A stretch of DNA of 64,000 bases. It comes from Mobula hypostoma (Eukaryota). The stretch spans positions 90,398,001-90,462,000 of the forward strand of contig NC_086108.1 in NCBI RefSeq assembly GCF_963921235.1. The letters run 5' to 3'. Shown here piece after piece: positions 26,306-39,884 of this stretch (positions are counted from its first letter, which is position 1; every line of letters begins with the position of its first letter). The notes beneath the pieces are model-generated. The model did no database searches, was not told where the DNA came from, and saw only the letters and a list, made by a program, of their open reading frames with translations. Position numbers and translations under genes: made by a program.

Positions 26306-27457
26306 ACGGACACTTTGACATTGGTAGTCCCAAAATTTTAAGTTGTCTCAAAGTTGTTTCAAATAAGCTAAAACATTTAATATCAGTGAGTAGCTGGCGG
26401 AACACCAAGCAGTAAGCTTTTGGAATGTTTGGTGCTTTTCTCAAATCCCATCTTCAGCTTTGAAATAATTTTGCTTATTATATTAATCTTCTTATCTACA
26501 ATGTTATGATGTCAAGGCTCTGTGATCTTGTGTGTTATATATTTTGTTAAAATTAAGATTCTGATTACTTTTTGCTGGTGTATCAACTTGCATGTCAGCT
26601 AAACTTCAGCTTGTACTGTGTTTCTGTCTATTTGAAGAAAAGATATTTGTCAACATTGAAGACTTCCCCCAGAAGTAATTGCTTAAATATTTTTACGGTG
26701 ACAAGGAAATGCTCGGGCAGTAAGAGCAATAGGATAAGTAGGATGTACAGTAATCTGTAATAGCATTCTTTTAAACATGATTAAAATTAATGTTCCATTT
26801 GACCTCTTTAGTTGGTTGTTTTTGTAAAAGCATTTTTGAGGACTTTGAGTTAAAAATAAAAGTGTTTTGATCATATATTAAATTAGTTAATAGTGTATAA
26901 TTATTTCCTAATTTCGGTATGTTTAGAATTGGGACTATGGCCACCAGTTTTTTGAACAAGAGTCAAACTGAATATATAAATCTGTAAACATGAATTATTA
27001 TTTTTCATGAATTCTGTCGGTGAACTTGCTGTTTTAAAATTTTAGCCATTTCTACTGGTACGAAGAACTGAGGCAATATATTAGAGAGGAGAATTTATTC
27101 AAAATAGTTGTTCTTTTGAAACTAGTAGAAACAATGAGTTCAAATAAAATGTACATTGTTAATTAATACAACATTTGAACTTCAATAAAATAGCATAGCA
27201 GTTTCAGAATATCATGTTAAATATTTATACATTGGTGTCCCATGGTGCAATTCAGAATCCTTGTTTTCCTTGCACCCCTAACTCTTGGCTCCAGTAACTG
27301 TATGTTAATCAATCACTTTAGTAAATGAGCCATATGTTATTTGTCACTTGAATTAGGATATCCACAGATGCTAGTCAAAATTCTTGACTGAAACTCTTTT
27401 GACATTCATTTCCTGGAAGAGAATTATAGTGATAGTGCAATTCCTATATCAGTGTGG

Positions 27458-27640
27458 GGTCAAGTTTAATCTAACTTGCCTGATGGGAAACTGATGGCAT
27501 CTGATTCACTGCTTCCTTTGTACTCCATTTAATTTTGCTTTGCATTGACTACCATGGAAATTAAAATTGGCAGACTGTAAAGTGGATGGCTAATACAGAT
27601 CCCATCAGTTTCCCACCTGGTATATTAGATTAAAATTACC
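27458..27640. repeat. Imperfect ~180-bp palindrome (MITE-like)
   Basis: GGTCAAGTTTAATCTAACTTGCCTGATGGGAAACTGATGGCATCTG pairs with CAGATCCCATCAGTTTCCCACCTGGTATATTAGATTAAAATTACC. There is an inner TTTAATTT/AAATTAAA stem. Confidence 0.8.
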
Positions 27641-29409
27641 ATCAGTACGAAGGTTCACTGGATTGATTTCTGAGAAACAGTATTTGTCCAAGACAGAGAC
27701 ATTAAACAAACTGGGCTAATATCCTTTAGAGTTCAGAATAATGAGAGGTGAGGTACAAAATGCCCTCAGGGCTTGGTAAGGTAGATGCAGGAAGGACACT
27801 TCCCATTTCCTGTGATGTCTAAAACAAGGACATATATAAAAAAAAGATTTGGCTATTCAGGACAGAGCTGAAGAGAAATTTCTTCACCCAGAGCATGATG
27901 AGTATTTTGAATCCTTTCCCCTTGAGGGTTGCGTATGCCCCCAAGCAGAGGGAATGCAGAAGTCTCACTGAGTACATTCAAAACAAAGACTGATAGCTTT
28001 TTGGATATTTTAAGGTGTCTGTGTGGGGAAGTGCCAATAAGATAAAATATCAACCGGGATCTTGCAAAACAGCAGCAAAAGCATTTGGATTTGGTGGTAT
28101 TGATCCAGAGGTGATACAGAAGTGATATGGAAGTCAAGAATGAAGCATAAATCTTGTAATTATAGGCATTTTATTGTGTGTTCATATTAATAAAAAATAA
28201 CGGTAACCCACTCATTCTACTGTAAGGGGGAAAAAGGTTAAGGAAAACAACGGAAATAAACAGAATCATTGGCGTCTTATTCTAAATCTAGCTCACTGGA
28301 GTGTTACAGCATATTTCAATGATAAGAGGCAACCTATAGGCATGTCATGTTCAGTCACTGGTGTGACACAGGCTTCAGTGTAACTTCTATATACATATAG
28401 AATCAGCTTTTCCAAAATTACTGAAATTTCACTGAACAACTACATGTATGTAAGTAATGATATAAAATTGTTAGCAAGCATGGGAATGTTAAATTACAAG
28501 AAAAATAACATTCCTACAACCATTACAACAGTCAGAAAGAACCAAATGCTATTTTCTATTTCTATTTCGTATGTCTAGAGCCTACAGGAAATCAAAAATA
28601 CATCATTTTCTATCAATGGTTTGGAAGTGCAAGTTTCCTGTTGCAGAATGTTGTTTGATCTGCTAATATTACAGTTAATAACTTCGGATCCCAGCCAGAT
28701 AATTATTTTGCTACTTGTACATCCCTCTTGTCAATGTTTATTTATGCTCTGGAATGAGCAACATTGAGGCTGATATTCCTTCTCCACTCTTTCCTGATGC
28801 TGATGGTGGGCTGCTGTCTTGAACCAGTCTTTAGGGTGTGGTGAAGGAAGGAGCCCGCTGGATTGCCACAGTTGAATTGTTTGCAAACCACTACAAAGGA
28901 TGGAAAACAGTTAATTTCAAAGATCCATGGATGCTACCTGGCCTGCTGAGTTCCTCTAGTAATTTACTGTGTTTTGTTCTGGATTTCCAGCATCTACAAA
29001 ATTTGTCTGTATAATATAAGAGGGCATAATTTTAAGATGATTGGAGGAATGTATAGGGGAATGTCAAGGATAGTTTCTTTTATACAGGGAGCGGTATTAC
29101 ATTGGAATGCATTGCTGGGGGTGGTGATAGAATATTAGGGACATTTAAGAGATTCTTAGATAGGTATATGGATGAACAGAAAATGGAGGGCTATGTAGGA
29201 TGGAAGGATTTGATTGATCTTTTAGGTTAAAAGCTTGGCACAACATTGTGGGCTGAAGGGCTTGTACTGTGTCATATGTTCTAACCACAAGCTGTTTATT
29301 CCTGATTGTGTTTCTGAAGTAATTCACATTCTGAAATTGTGGGAGTTGATCTCCTACTGCTTCCATTATTGTCCCAGACTCCTAGGGACTCCTTTGGAAA
29401 AGAGTTTCA

Positions 29410-29740
29410 TTTATATATCTCTTTATATCAATGTGTTCAACAACCACTGAAGAGTTTTTGGACATGTAACCACTGTTATAATTGTAGAATGATATAGAAA
29501 ACTTACAGTAATTTTCCAACAGAGGTGCATGACCAGATAATGTGTTTTATTCATATTGGTTTGAAGGATTAGTTCTGTACAGACACTGAAAGAGCTTCTT
29601 TATGAATGGTACCATGGGATCTTTTATGTCCAATTGAGGGGGCCGGATGAGACTTCAATTTAATTTCCAGTATCACAGCCCTTCATCATGGACACAAGCT
29701 TCTCACTTGGAAGCAGGAATGTCACTATTGAGCCAAACCT
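29410..29740 (-). mobile_element. Deu-SINE-like (SacSINE/AmnSINE-type) remnant
   Basis: CCATGGGATCTTTTATGTCCA..TGAGGGGGC.GATG matches my recollection of the Deu-domain in reverse orientation. Confidence 0.5.
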
Positions 29741-30269
29741 GACACTATGGATATTGATCTACACAAATAGCTTGATTTTTTTTTTCTGGCTTGTTTAAAA
29801 AAAAAAGAGGCCACCAACACATTCACAAAATTTTGTTTATTTTTCTGATTTATTCTTACATGTGCTTTTTGCTATATCACTCACCTTAACAAAGTTTAAA
29901 TACTTAATGCAACCAATCTTAACATAAGCACATTGAATGAGTGAATAAGAAAATAGATTGCTGCATTTGGCTCTGTGTTCTCCTGGCTGCCCTCCCAGCC
30001 ACCATCCTCCATCCTGCATAAGCCCAAGCACATCCAAAACACTTTCTAGACTGCACCAAATTTGTTGTTGCATGAATATTGGCTTGTGGGGTCCCTTGGG
30101 AAATGCCCATGCTTCATGTATTTCCATATTTTCATACAAGATGGGAGGCAGCTATTTCTGCTTGTTCAGTCTATGCTGGTTCATGAAAAAATCATAATAA
30201 TTCCCCCTGTAGGTTATTCTCCCTTTATTCTCTTCACCACCTCATCACGCAACTGCGCCCTAGATTCTG

Positions 30270-30400
30270 GTGCTTGCTCACTGGAGGCAATTTACAATGA
30301 TTATTTAACCTACCTGCCAGACCATCATTGGGATGTGGGAGGAAATGCACAGGGCTGTCAGGAGCACATACAAACTCTGCACACCACAGGGCTACTGCAC
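30270..30400 (-). mobile_element. V-SINE/HE1-like remnant
   Basis: GGCAATTTACA..TTAACCTAC..TTGGGATGTGGGAGGAAA..ACAAACTC resembles a reverse-complemented V-SINE core. Confidence 0.5.
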
Positions 30401-31218
30401 CACCTGAGGTCAATCTTATCGTGACTGAAAAATAAGACAATAAACTTCTAATCCCAGACTATTAAAAGACAAAAGTGAACTTGAAGTCACGGAGCTCTGA
30501 CTGAAATTTCAATTCTTCCTGGTTTGAGGAGCGGTGCCGGAGAATTGAATGACCATTTACCTTCTGCTTTGTATAGCAAAAGGGAGGAAAGTAAGAATGC
30601 AAGAACACAAAAAAGTAACAGCAAAAGTACACAGGAAAATATTCAAATTTTGAAACAAATTTATTATCAATGTACATATATAATATGTCACTATATGCCA
30701 CCTTGAGATTCTTTTTCTTGTAGGAGTTTACAGGTAAATAAAGAAATAAAATGGAATTTATAGAGAACTCTCAGTAACAAAGACTGACAGGCAACTAATT
30801 GCAAAATAAGACAAATTGTGCAAATTATTTTTAAAAATTGATACTGAGTACATAAGTTGTAGAGTCCTTGAAAGTGACTCTGTAGATTTTGGAATCAGTT
30901 TAGCATTGAGGTGAGTGAAATTATCCACACTGGTTCAGGAGCCTGATGGTTGTAAGGTGATAGCTGGATGATGGATATTATCAGGAGAACTATGTGTCCC
31001 GTCAAGCCTGACCTACCATTCCAACATGATCACAGCTGTTTCGCACATGAGCTGTACTTCTCGTCTATCCACTAAACATGTCAATGGATTTGAATTTGAG
31101 TCACAAGCGTCCCGATGAAGTCAGAACAAACTTGGAGGAATAGAGTTAACTTATACTGCTAGTTCAACTGTCTGAAAAACAGGGTGTTACCTCAATGTAC
31201 TTGTTTTTTTTATGATAG

Positions 31219-31329
31219 AATCTACTGATGCTAAATCCACGGGTGAAGACTTGTGCCTCCCTTCGATCGACAGCAACAACCAAAACAGACAAAGCTCACT
31301 GGAAAAGGAACGCTGTAAAGAACTGCTCT
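31219..31329 (+). CDS. Candidate internal coding exon of an unidentified host gene (111 nt, phase 1-1)
   Basis: Acceptor ttgttttttttatgatag| and donor |gtaagc. Open frame [36 protein letters not shown], CpGs retained, not recognisably repetitive. Confidence 0.45.
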
Positions 31330-32154
31330 GTAAGCATTTCTTCCTGGGGTTAATCTTTTGTTTCAGTCAGCATTATGACTGAAATACTAAATTATAGAGA
31401 GTATGTACTGGTGTGCCAAAGGCAATGTATATGTTTGGTACAGGATCACAGAAAACTTATCACGCACAACAAATCCATGTGGCCCATAGAGCTTTTGGTG
31501 ATTATTTTTTTTCAGAACAACTCCAGCTAGTCCCACTCTACTGTCTTAAACACAGGAGATTCTGCAGCTGCTGGAGGTCTTGAACAACATACACAAATTG
31601 CTGACGGGACTCAGGAAGTCAGACAGAATCCGTGGAGGGGAATAAACAGTCAATGTCTCAGGCTGAGATCCTTCATCAGGACAAGAAATGAATGGGGGAG
31701 ATGTGGGTGAAGTTAGAATAAGATGGAGGGAGACGGACTACAAGCTGGCAGATGATAGGTGAGAACAGGGCTGGGAGAGGGTGGTGAAGTGAGAAGCTGG
31801 GAGGTGATAGGTAGTAGAGGTAAAGGGATGAAGAAGACATAACCAGCACATCATTCTCTGTAACTTCCATCAACTCTAATAGGATCCTATCAATGAGGAT
31901 ATCTTTCCCTACACTGTCCCTTCTGCTTTCCATGGGGATCACTCTCTAGATGAGTCCCTTGTCCAATCATCGCTCCCCATTGATTTCTCTTCTGCCATTT
32001 ATCCCTGTGAGGATGATGAATGCTACATTTACCACTTAACCTCCTTTCCCACCATCATTCAGGGACCCAAGCAGTCCTCACAGGTGAGGCAACATTTCAC
32101 CTGTAAGTCTGTCGAAGAAATCTATTCAATTGGTGCCCAAGTGCAGCCACATCT

Positions 32155-32950
32155 ATAGTAGTCATAGTCATACTTTATTGATCCTGGGGGAAATTGGTTT
32201 TCATTACAGTTGCACCATAAATAATAGTAATAAAACCATAAATAGTTAAATAGTAATATGTAAGTTATGCCAGGAAATAAGTCCAGGACCAGCCTATTGG
32301 CTCAGGGTGTCTGACCCTCCAAGGGAGGAGTTGTACAGTTTGATGGCCACAGGCAGGAATGACTTCCTGTGATGCTCTGTGTTGCATCTTGGTGGAATGA
32401 GTCTCTGGCTTCATGTACTCCTGTGCCCACCCAGTACATTATGTAGTGGATGGGAGACATTGTTCAAGATGGCATGCAACTTGGACAGCATCCTCTTTTC
32501 AGACACCACCGTGAGAGAGTCCAGTTCCATCCCCACAACATCACTGGCCTTATGAATGAGTTTGTTGATTCTGTTGGTGTCTGCTACCCTCAGCCTGCTG
32601 CCCCAGCACACAACAGCAAACATGATAGCACTGGCCACCACAGACTCGTAGAACATCCTCAGCATCGTCTGGCAGATGTTAAAGGACCTCAGTCTCCTCA
32701 GGGAATGGAGACGGCTCTGACCCTTCTTGTAGACAGCCTCAGTGTTCTTTGACCAGTCCAGTTTATTGTCAACTCGTATCCCTAAGTATTTGTAATCCTC
32801 CACCATGTTCACACTGACCCCCTGGATGGAAACAGGGGTCACCATTACCTTAGCTCTCCTCAGGTCTACCACCGGATCCTTAGTCTTTTTCACATTAAGC
32901 TGCAGATAATTCTGCTCACAACATGTGACAAAGTTTCCTACCGTAGCCCT
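32155..32950 (-). mobile_element. Rex1/Babar-like LINE 3' fragment
   Basis: ORF 32411-32893: VEDYKYLGIRVDNKLDWSKNT, KKGQSRLHSLRRLRSF, FYESVVAS, VVCWG. AATAAA and (GACTAT)n tail. Confidence 0.9.
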
Positions 32951-32951
32951 C

Positions 32952-33194
32952 TAATGTTCCCTCTAAATAGCCGGGTTCTAAAATCTGAAGGCAAATCATC
33001 ATAAACTCCATTTTATCAACACCATCCACATCAGAAAATGGAAAAGGAAATGTTTTTGTGTACGATTGTGACATATAATTAACATGCCAATGAGGTAGAG
33101 GGTGAGAAACTTTCGTAAGTAGTTTAAATTCCTTCATGCACTAGTCAGAAAAGATATGTGCGCGGACACACGGCACAACTTTGAGGGGATATTG
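32952..33194. mobile_element. Small hAT-like MITE (tentative)
   Basis: Degenerate inverted termini TAATGTTCCCTCTAA / TTTGAGGGGATATTG. Confidence 0.4.
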
Positions 33195-33574
33195 TTGAGA
33201 CCCAGTGCAGACAGGAGGACTGTTTTGTCAAGCACCTTCGTTATCTCCACTGCAAAATGCAGGATCCATCAGGGCTTCCCATTTCAATCCCAATTCCAAT
33301 TTCCCTTTCTGACACATATGTCCATGGCCTTCTTTACTGCCGCAATGAGGCCATTCTCTGATTGGAGGAACATCACTTCCTAAGCTTTCTGGGCAACCAT
33401 TTCCTTAAGATTTCCTTAACTTCTGGTTATTACCCTCTCTTCTCTTTTCTCTCTCTTTTCTGTTTCCCATTCTGATTACCCTCTCTCCCCTTCTCTTCTC
33501 CTCACCTGCTCACCTCTTCCCTCTGGTTCCCCTATCCCTTCCCATTTTTCCATAGTCTGCTGTCCTCTCCTATT

Positions 33575-35485
33575 AAGGAGTTGGCCAAAGTAAATTGCAA
33601 AGGCTGGAGTTGCTGGGAAAAATGAGGAAGGTGCAGGATAGATGTATTCCTAAAACGAAGAAAGGCTCAAATGGCAAAATAGTACAACTGTGGCTGACAA
33701 AGGAAGTCAAAGCTAATGTAAAAGCAAAAGGGAGGGCGTACAACAAAACAAAAATTAGCGGGAAGATAGAGACTTGGGTAGCTTTTATAAAACTGCAGAA
33801 AGCAACTAAAAGAATCATTAGGAGGGAAAAGCTGAAATATGAAACCAAGCTAGCAAACAATATCAAGGTGGATAGAAAAAGCTTTTTCAAGTATATAACA
33901 AAATAAGTGAGATGAGAGTGGATAATAGACAGCTAGAAAATGAGGCTGGAAAAATAATAACGGGGGACAAGGAGATGGCAGATGAAATAAAAGAATTTTG
34001 CATCTGTCTTCATTGTAGAAGACACTAGCAGTGTGCTATATATTGAAGGGTGTGAGGGAAGAGAAGTGGGTGCAGGTACTATTACAAGGGAGAAAGTGCT
34101 CAAAAAGCTGAAAGACCTAAAGGTGTATAAGTCACCCAGACCAGATAAACTACTCCCTAGGGTTTTGAAAGAGGTAGCGGTAGAGATTGTGGAGGCATTA
34201 GTAATGATCTTTCAAGTATCATTGGAACTTGGCATGCTTCTGACGGCTGGAGAATTGCAAATGTCATTCCACTCTTTAAGAAAGGAGGGAGGCAGCAGGA
34301 AGGATGTTATAGATCAATTAGCCTGACCTCAGTGGTTGGAAAGATGTTGGAGTCAATTGTTGAGAATGGAGATTATGGAGTACTTGGTGACACAGGGCAA
34401 AATAGTACAAAGTCAGCATCATTTCCTTAAGGGAAAATCGTGCCTGATGAACCTGTTGGAGTTCTTTGAGGAGATTAGAAGTAGGATAGATAAAAGTAAT
34501 GCAGTGGATTTTATATATTTGGATTTTCAGAAGGCTTTTGACAAGCTGCCATGCATGAAGCTGCTTACCAAGTTAAGAGCCATGGTATTACAGGAAAGTT
34601 ACTAGCATGGTTAGACCATTGGCTGATTGGTAGAAGGCAGCAAGAGGGAATAAAAAGATTCTTTTCTGGTTGGCTGCCAGTGACTAATGGTGTTCCACAG
34701 GGGTCGGTGTTGGGACTGCTTTTTATGCTGTATATCAATGAATTAGATGATGGAACAGATGGCTTTGTTGCCAAGTTTGCAGATGATATGAATACTGGTG
34801 GTAGGGCAGGTAATGTTGAGGAAATAGGAAGGCTACAGAAGGACTTGGATTAGGAGAAGGGGCAAAAAAATGGCAACTGAAATTCAATGTCGGAAAATGC
34901 ATAGTCGTGCACTTTGGTAGAAGAAGTAACTGTGCAAATATTTTCTAAATAAGAAGAAAATCCAAAAATCCAAGATGCAAAGGGACTTGAAAGTCGTTGT
35001 GCAGAACATCCTAAAGGTTAAGTTACAGGTAGAGTTAATGGTGAGGTAGGCAAATACAATGTTAGCATTCATTTCAAGAGGTTTAGAATATAAGAGCAGT
35101 GATGTGATGCTGAGGCTTTATGAAGCATTGGTGAGGCCTCACCTTGAGTATTGTGAACAGTTTTGGCTCCGTATCTGTGAAAAGATTTACCAGCCTTGGA
35201 GCGCGTTCAGAAGAGGTTCACAGGGATAATTCCAGAAATGGAAGGGTTATCATATGAGGAACGTTTGATAGCTCTGTGTCTGTATTCACTGGAATTCAGA
35301 AGGATGTTGGGGGTTGGGGGTGGGAGTGGAATCTCATTGAAACCTTTTGAATGTTGAAAGGCCTAGACAGAGTAGATGTGGAAGTGATCTTATGATTCCC
35401 ATGGCGGAGAAGTCTAGGACAAGAAAGCACAGCCTCAGGAAAGAGGGCATCCATTTAAAACAGAAATGTGGAGAAATTTCTTTGA
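33575..35485 (+). mobile_element. CR1-type LINE ORF2 fragment
   Basis: Motifs KSPRPD, YLDFQKAFDKL, GVPQGSVLG, FADD, with many frameshifts. Confidence 0.9.
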
Positions 35486-38258
35486 TGCAAAATTCTTTTG
35501 ATTTGTGTCACTGTTACTTTCTTTTATCAGTTCTCATCATGTTGTTTCCTCTGTTCTTTCATCATTCCACCAATATGAACAAATTCTCTTTGTCTACTAC
35601 AACTAAACTCTTCATGATTTTAAATACCCCATTTGGAATCCCTCGCGAGCCTTATATTCACAGGTGAGTAACCCCAGACTCCTTGATCTGTCCGTGTAAC
35701 TTCTTTCGGGCCATCAACTAAAGACTAATTTTGTGGCACTCTTGCACAGGTAAGGTAACAGCTGCCTCTAAGCTGCACCATACCTGGTTTAATCTTGTAC
35801 TGCACATGATACAACACCTATGTCTGAGGCACTGTTTTATAAAGGTTCAAGAAATCAATGCACTTGTGCTTGTTGCCCTTGAATACAATGCCCCATATAC
35901 AAAGTCCATGATCCTGCAATATGGGCTTGCTTAACTGCTTCCTTTATCTCCAACAAAAAGTACAAATAAAACTTGTATTTAAGACCAGGTCCATGAGATA
36001 CAGGAGCAGAATTAGGCCATTTGGCCAGTCAGATCTTCTCTACCATTTTATCATGGCTGATCTGTTTTCCCTCTGAGCCCCAATCTCCTGCCTTCTCACC
36101 ATATCTGTTCATGCCCTGACCAACGAAAAACCTATCAACCTCTGCCTTAAGTATATCCAATAGCTTGGCCTCTACAGCCACCTTTGGCAACAAATGCTAT
36201 GAATTTGTCACTTTGGCTAAATAAATTCCTCCTCATCTCTGTTCCAAAAGGACGACCCTGTATTCTGAAACCATCCTTTGGTCTTAGGCTCCTTCACCAT
36301 AGGAAGCATCCTCTCTACATCCACTCTATTGCACCTTTTCAACACTCAGTATGGTTTTAATATGATTATCCGTCATTCTTCTGAATTCCAGTGAGTAGAG
36401 GCCCAGAATAATCAAATGCTCTTCATCTAGGACAAGTCTTTCAATTCTGGAATCATTTTCATGAACCTCCTTTGAACTCTCTCCAGTGTCAGCACATCCT
36501 TTCTTAGATAAGGAGCCAAAAACAGCTCACAATAATCGAAGTGAGGCCTCACCAGTGCTTTAAAAAGCCTCAAAATTATATCCTTGCTTTTAAATTTTAG
36601 TCCTCTTGAAATGAATGCTAACTTTAATTTGCCAAACTCATCACTGACTCAGTCTGCAGTCCTGGAAATCCTGCCCAAGGACTTCCAAGTTGCTTTGGAC
36701 CTTAGATTTTTGAATTTCCTCTTCATTTAGAAAATAGTCTAGCCTTTTATTTCTTCTTCCAAATTGCATGACCATACACTTCCCAACACTATTTCACGTG
36801 TCATGTCCTTGTCCATTCTGTTAATATGTCTAAGTTCTTCTGTAGCCACCCTATTCCTCAAAACTGCATGCCCCTCCATCTACCTTCTTATCACCTGCAA
36901 ACTGGGCCACAAAGTCGTCAATTACATCATTCAGTTCATTGACATGTAACATAAAAGGTAGTACCATCACAGACTCCAGTGGAACACCACTAGTCACCAG
37001 CAGCCAACCAGAAAAGGCTCTCTTTATTCCCACTCTTTTCTTTTTTCCAATCAGTCAATGCTCTCTCCGCTCATATCTTTCCTGTAATACCGTTAACTTG
37101 TTAAACCGGGTCATGTGGAACTTTGTCAAAGGCCTTATGAACATTCAAATGCACAACATCCATTGATTCTCCTTTATCTATCCTGCTTGTTATTTCTTCA
37201 AAGAAGTCCAACAGATTCCTCAGGCAAGGTTTTCCCTTAAGAGAACCATGCTGACTATGGCCTATTTTATCCTGTGCCTCCAAGTAACCTTTACAACCAC
37301 TGAGAGTCAGATTAACTGCTCTATAATTTCCTTTCTTCTGTCTCTCTCCTTTATGAAGAACAGAGTGACGTGCAGTCTTCCAGTCCTCTGGAACCATGCC
37401 GGAATCTATTGATGCTTGAAAGCTCATTACTAATGCCTCCACAATCCCTTCAGCCATCTCTTTCAGAACACACGAGTGTACACTGTCTGTTCCAGGTGAT
37501 TTATCTACCTTCCAATCTTTCAGTTTCTCAAGAACCTTCTTCCTAGTCATGACAATTTCACACACTCCTGCCCTCCTCAAACTTCCAGCATACTGCTAGT
37601 GTCTTCTACAGTGAAGACAGATGGAAAATACTTATTCAGTTCATTCACCATTTCCTTGTTGCCCATTACTACCTCTCCAGCATCATTTTCCAGTGGCCCA
37701 ATATCTACTCTCGCCTCTTTTTTTACACTTTAGATATTGGAAGAAACTTTTGATATACTCTTTAATATTATTGGCTAGCTTAGCTACATCTTTTTACTCT
37801 TTATGAAATTTTTCGTTGCCTTCTGTTGGTTTTTAAAAGCTTCCCAAATCTCTATCTTCCCACTAATTTTATGTCCTGTCTTTGGCTTTTATGTTGGCTT
37901 TGACTTCTCTTCTCAGCCACAGTTTTGTCATCTTGCCTTTAGAATACTACTTCCACTTTGGGATGTATATATCATCTGCCTTCCGAGTTGCTCCCAGAAA
38001 CTCTAGCCATTGCTGCTCTGCCATCATTCCTATCACTTTTTATTCAATCAGTTTGACCAACTTGTCTCTCATGCCTCTGTAATTCCCTTCACTCCACTGT
38101 AATACTGATACATCTGACTACTTCTTCCTAAGTTTCCGGGTTAATTTGATCATATTATGATTACAACCTCAAATGGTTTCTTTACCTTCAGCTGTCAAAT
38201 CAATAATGGTTCACTGCACAAAACCCAAACAGAATAAAGAATAGCTGATCCCCTAGAG

Positions 38259-39048
38259 CAGGGTCCCAAGCTTTTCTGCACCACGGACCAGTTTAATATT
38301 GACAGTATTCTTGCAGACCGGCTGACTGGGGGGCGGGGGGGGTGGTGTTCAAGAAGAGTTAAACTCACCTCAACATGTCTTTTACAGTTAGGGTTGCCAA
38401 CTTCCTCACTCCCAAATAAGGGACAAAAGTAGCAGTCAAATCCCAGGACACTTGTGTTTACCCCAAGGAAGACTACCATGACCATGAAGCCTTGCGTGGT
38501 CACCTGTGTGCATGCATGATGTGCGCATGGGCGTATGTGCCGATTTTTTTTTCCACAAATCGGTTTTAGCTTAATCTTTCTGACTATACTGTACATACAT
38601 TATTTCTACTTTATATAGGCTGTGTATTTATCATATCATTCTTGCTTTTACTATATGTTAGTGTTAGTTTAGGTTTTATGTGTTATTTGGTATGACTTGG
38701 TAGGTTATTTTTTCGGTCTGGGAATGCACAAAAATTTTTCCCATATAAATTAACGGTAATTGCTTCTTCGCTTCACGCCATTTCGGCACAAAAGTTTTCA
38801 TAGGAACGCTCTACCTCAGCGGAGGAAATACGGGACAAGGGCGGTCCCGTATGGGACAAACCAATTTAGCCCAATATATGGAATGTCCCGGCAAATAACG
38901 GACAGTTGGCAACCCTATCATCAAGTTCAACAGTGCGTGACAGGGAATGAGGAAAAGGTGCAGCTGACTCATATCGTTTCCTTGCAGCCCGGTAGCACAT
39001 GCTTTGCGGCCCGGTACCAGTCCGTGGCCTGGTGGTTGGGGACCTCTG
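38259..39048. mobile_element. hAT/Charlie-type non-autonomous DNA transposon
   Basis: Perfect 8-bp TSD CCCTAGAG (38251-38258, 39049-39056). Termini CAGGGTCCCAA / TTGGGGACCTCTG. Confidence 0.9.
38389..38917. mobile_element. Nested hAT (Blackjack-like) MITE carrying a Tigger fragment
   Basis: Perfect 14-bp TIRs TAGGGTTGCCAACT / AGTTGGCAACCCTA with GGGACA subterminal motifs. 38586-38826 matches the right end of the Tigger at 58420-58862. Confidence 0.8.
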
Positions 39049-39884
39049 CCCTAGAGGGCTGTAAGAAGCCATCTCATAGGCATTCTAAAAATTCCCTCTC
39101 CTGGGATCCAGCTCCAACCTGATTTTCCCAATCTTCCTGCATATTGAAATCCCCCATGGTATTGTAACATTGCCCTTTTGACATGCATTTTGTATCGCCT
39201 GTTGTAATTTGTAGACTGCATCTTTACTACCGCTTGGGGGTCTGCATATAATTCCCATCAGTGTCTTTTAACCTTGCAGTTCTTTAGCTCTACCCCCCAA
39301 TAATTCAATACCTTCTAATCCTATGTCACCTCTTTCTAATGATTTGATTGATTTTTTTTTATCAACAGAGCCACACCACCCCCTCTGCCTCCCTGACTTT
39401 CCTTTCGATAGAACATGTATCCTTGGACGTTCAGCCAATCCCATCATACGTGCCAATCTGTAACTGTGCTACAAGTTCATCTTCCTCATTCTGTATGCTG
39501 CGCACATTCAAATACAACACCTTCTGTCCTGTATTCACCCTTCTCGATTTTGCCCACCTTTTACTTTGCAACATCCAATTGACTGCAATTTTGCCCTATC
39601 AACAGCCCTATATTTATCTTATCTGTTCCATTTAGTCTTTTAATAATTGTGGCCCTGTAGTATATTTGATCTCACTTTTTCTCCTTCCAAAATGTTACAT
39701 CATGTTACATCTTTCTGCTCTGGATATCCATTCCACCAGCTCGTCAATTTCTCCTCCTTAGAGTTCACCGTGTTCTGAATTTTCTATTGCCTGCAAATTT
39801 GGAAATTGCAGCCTTTACATGCAAGGCTAATAATATAAATAAAAGGAGTAATTATCGAACTGACCTTTGGGGATCTGCGAATTA

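Larger units (their letters stand above)
31548..33572. mobile_element. Old inverted Penelope-like element interrupted by later insertions
   Basis: Minus 3' repeat at 31548-31840 with a decayed hammerhead (~31648-31682). Plus-strand pre-EN/GIY-YIG remnants at 31850-32150 and 33195-33572. Confidence 0.7.
35988..39600 (-). mobile_element. CR1-type LINE (EN to 3' UTR), interrupted by a hAT element
   Basis: RT motifs KSPGTD, QHG, KAFDKV, VTSGVP; EN remnants at 39100-39440. The sequence resumes across the 8-bp TSD at 38251/39049. Confidence 0.85.
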
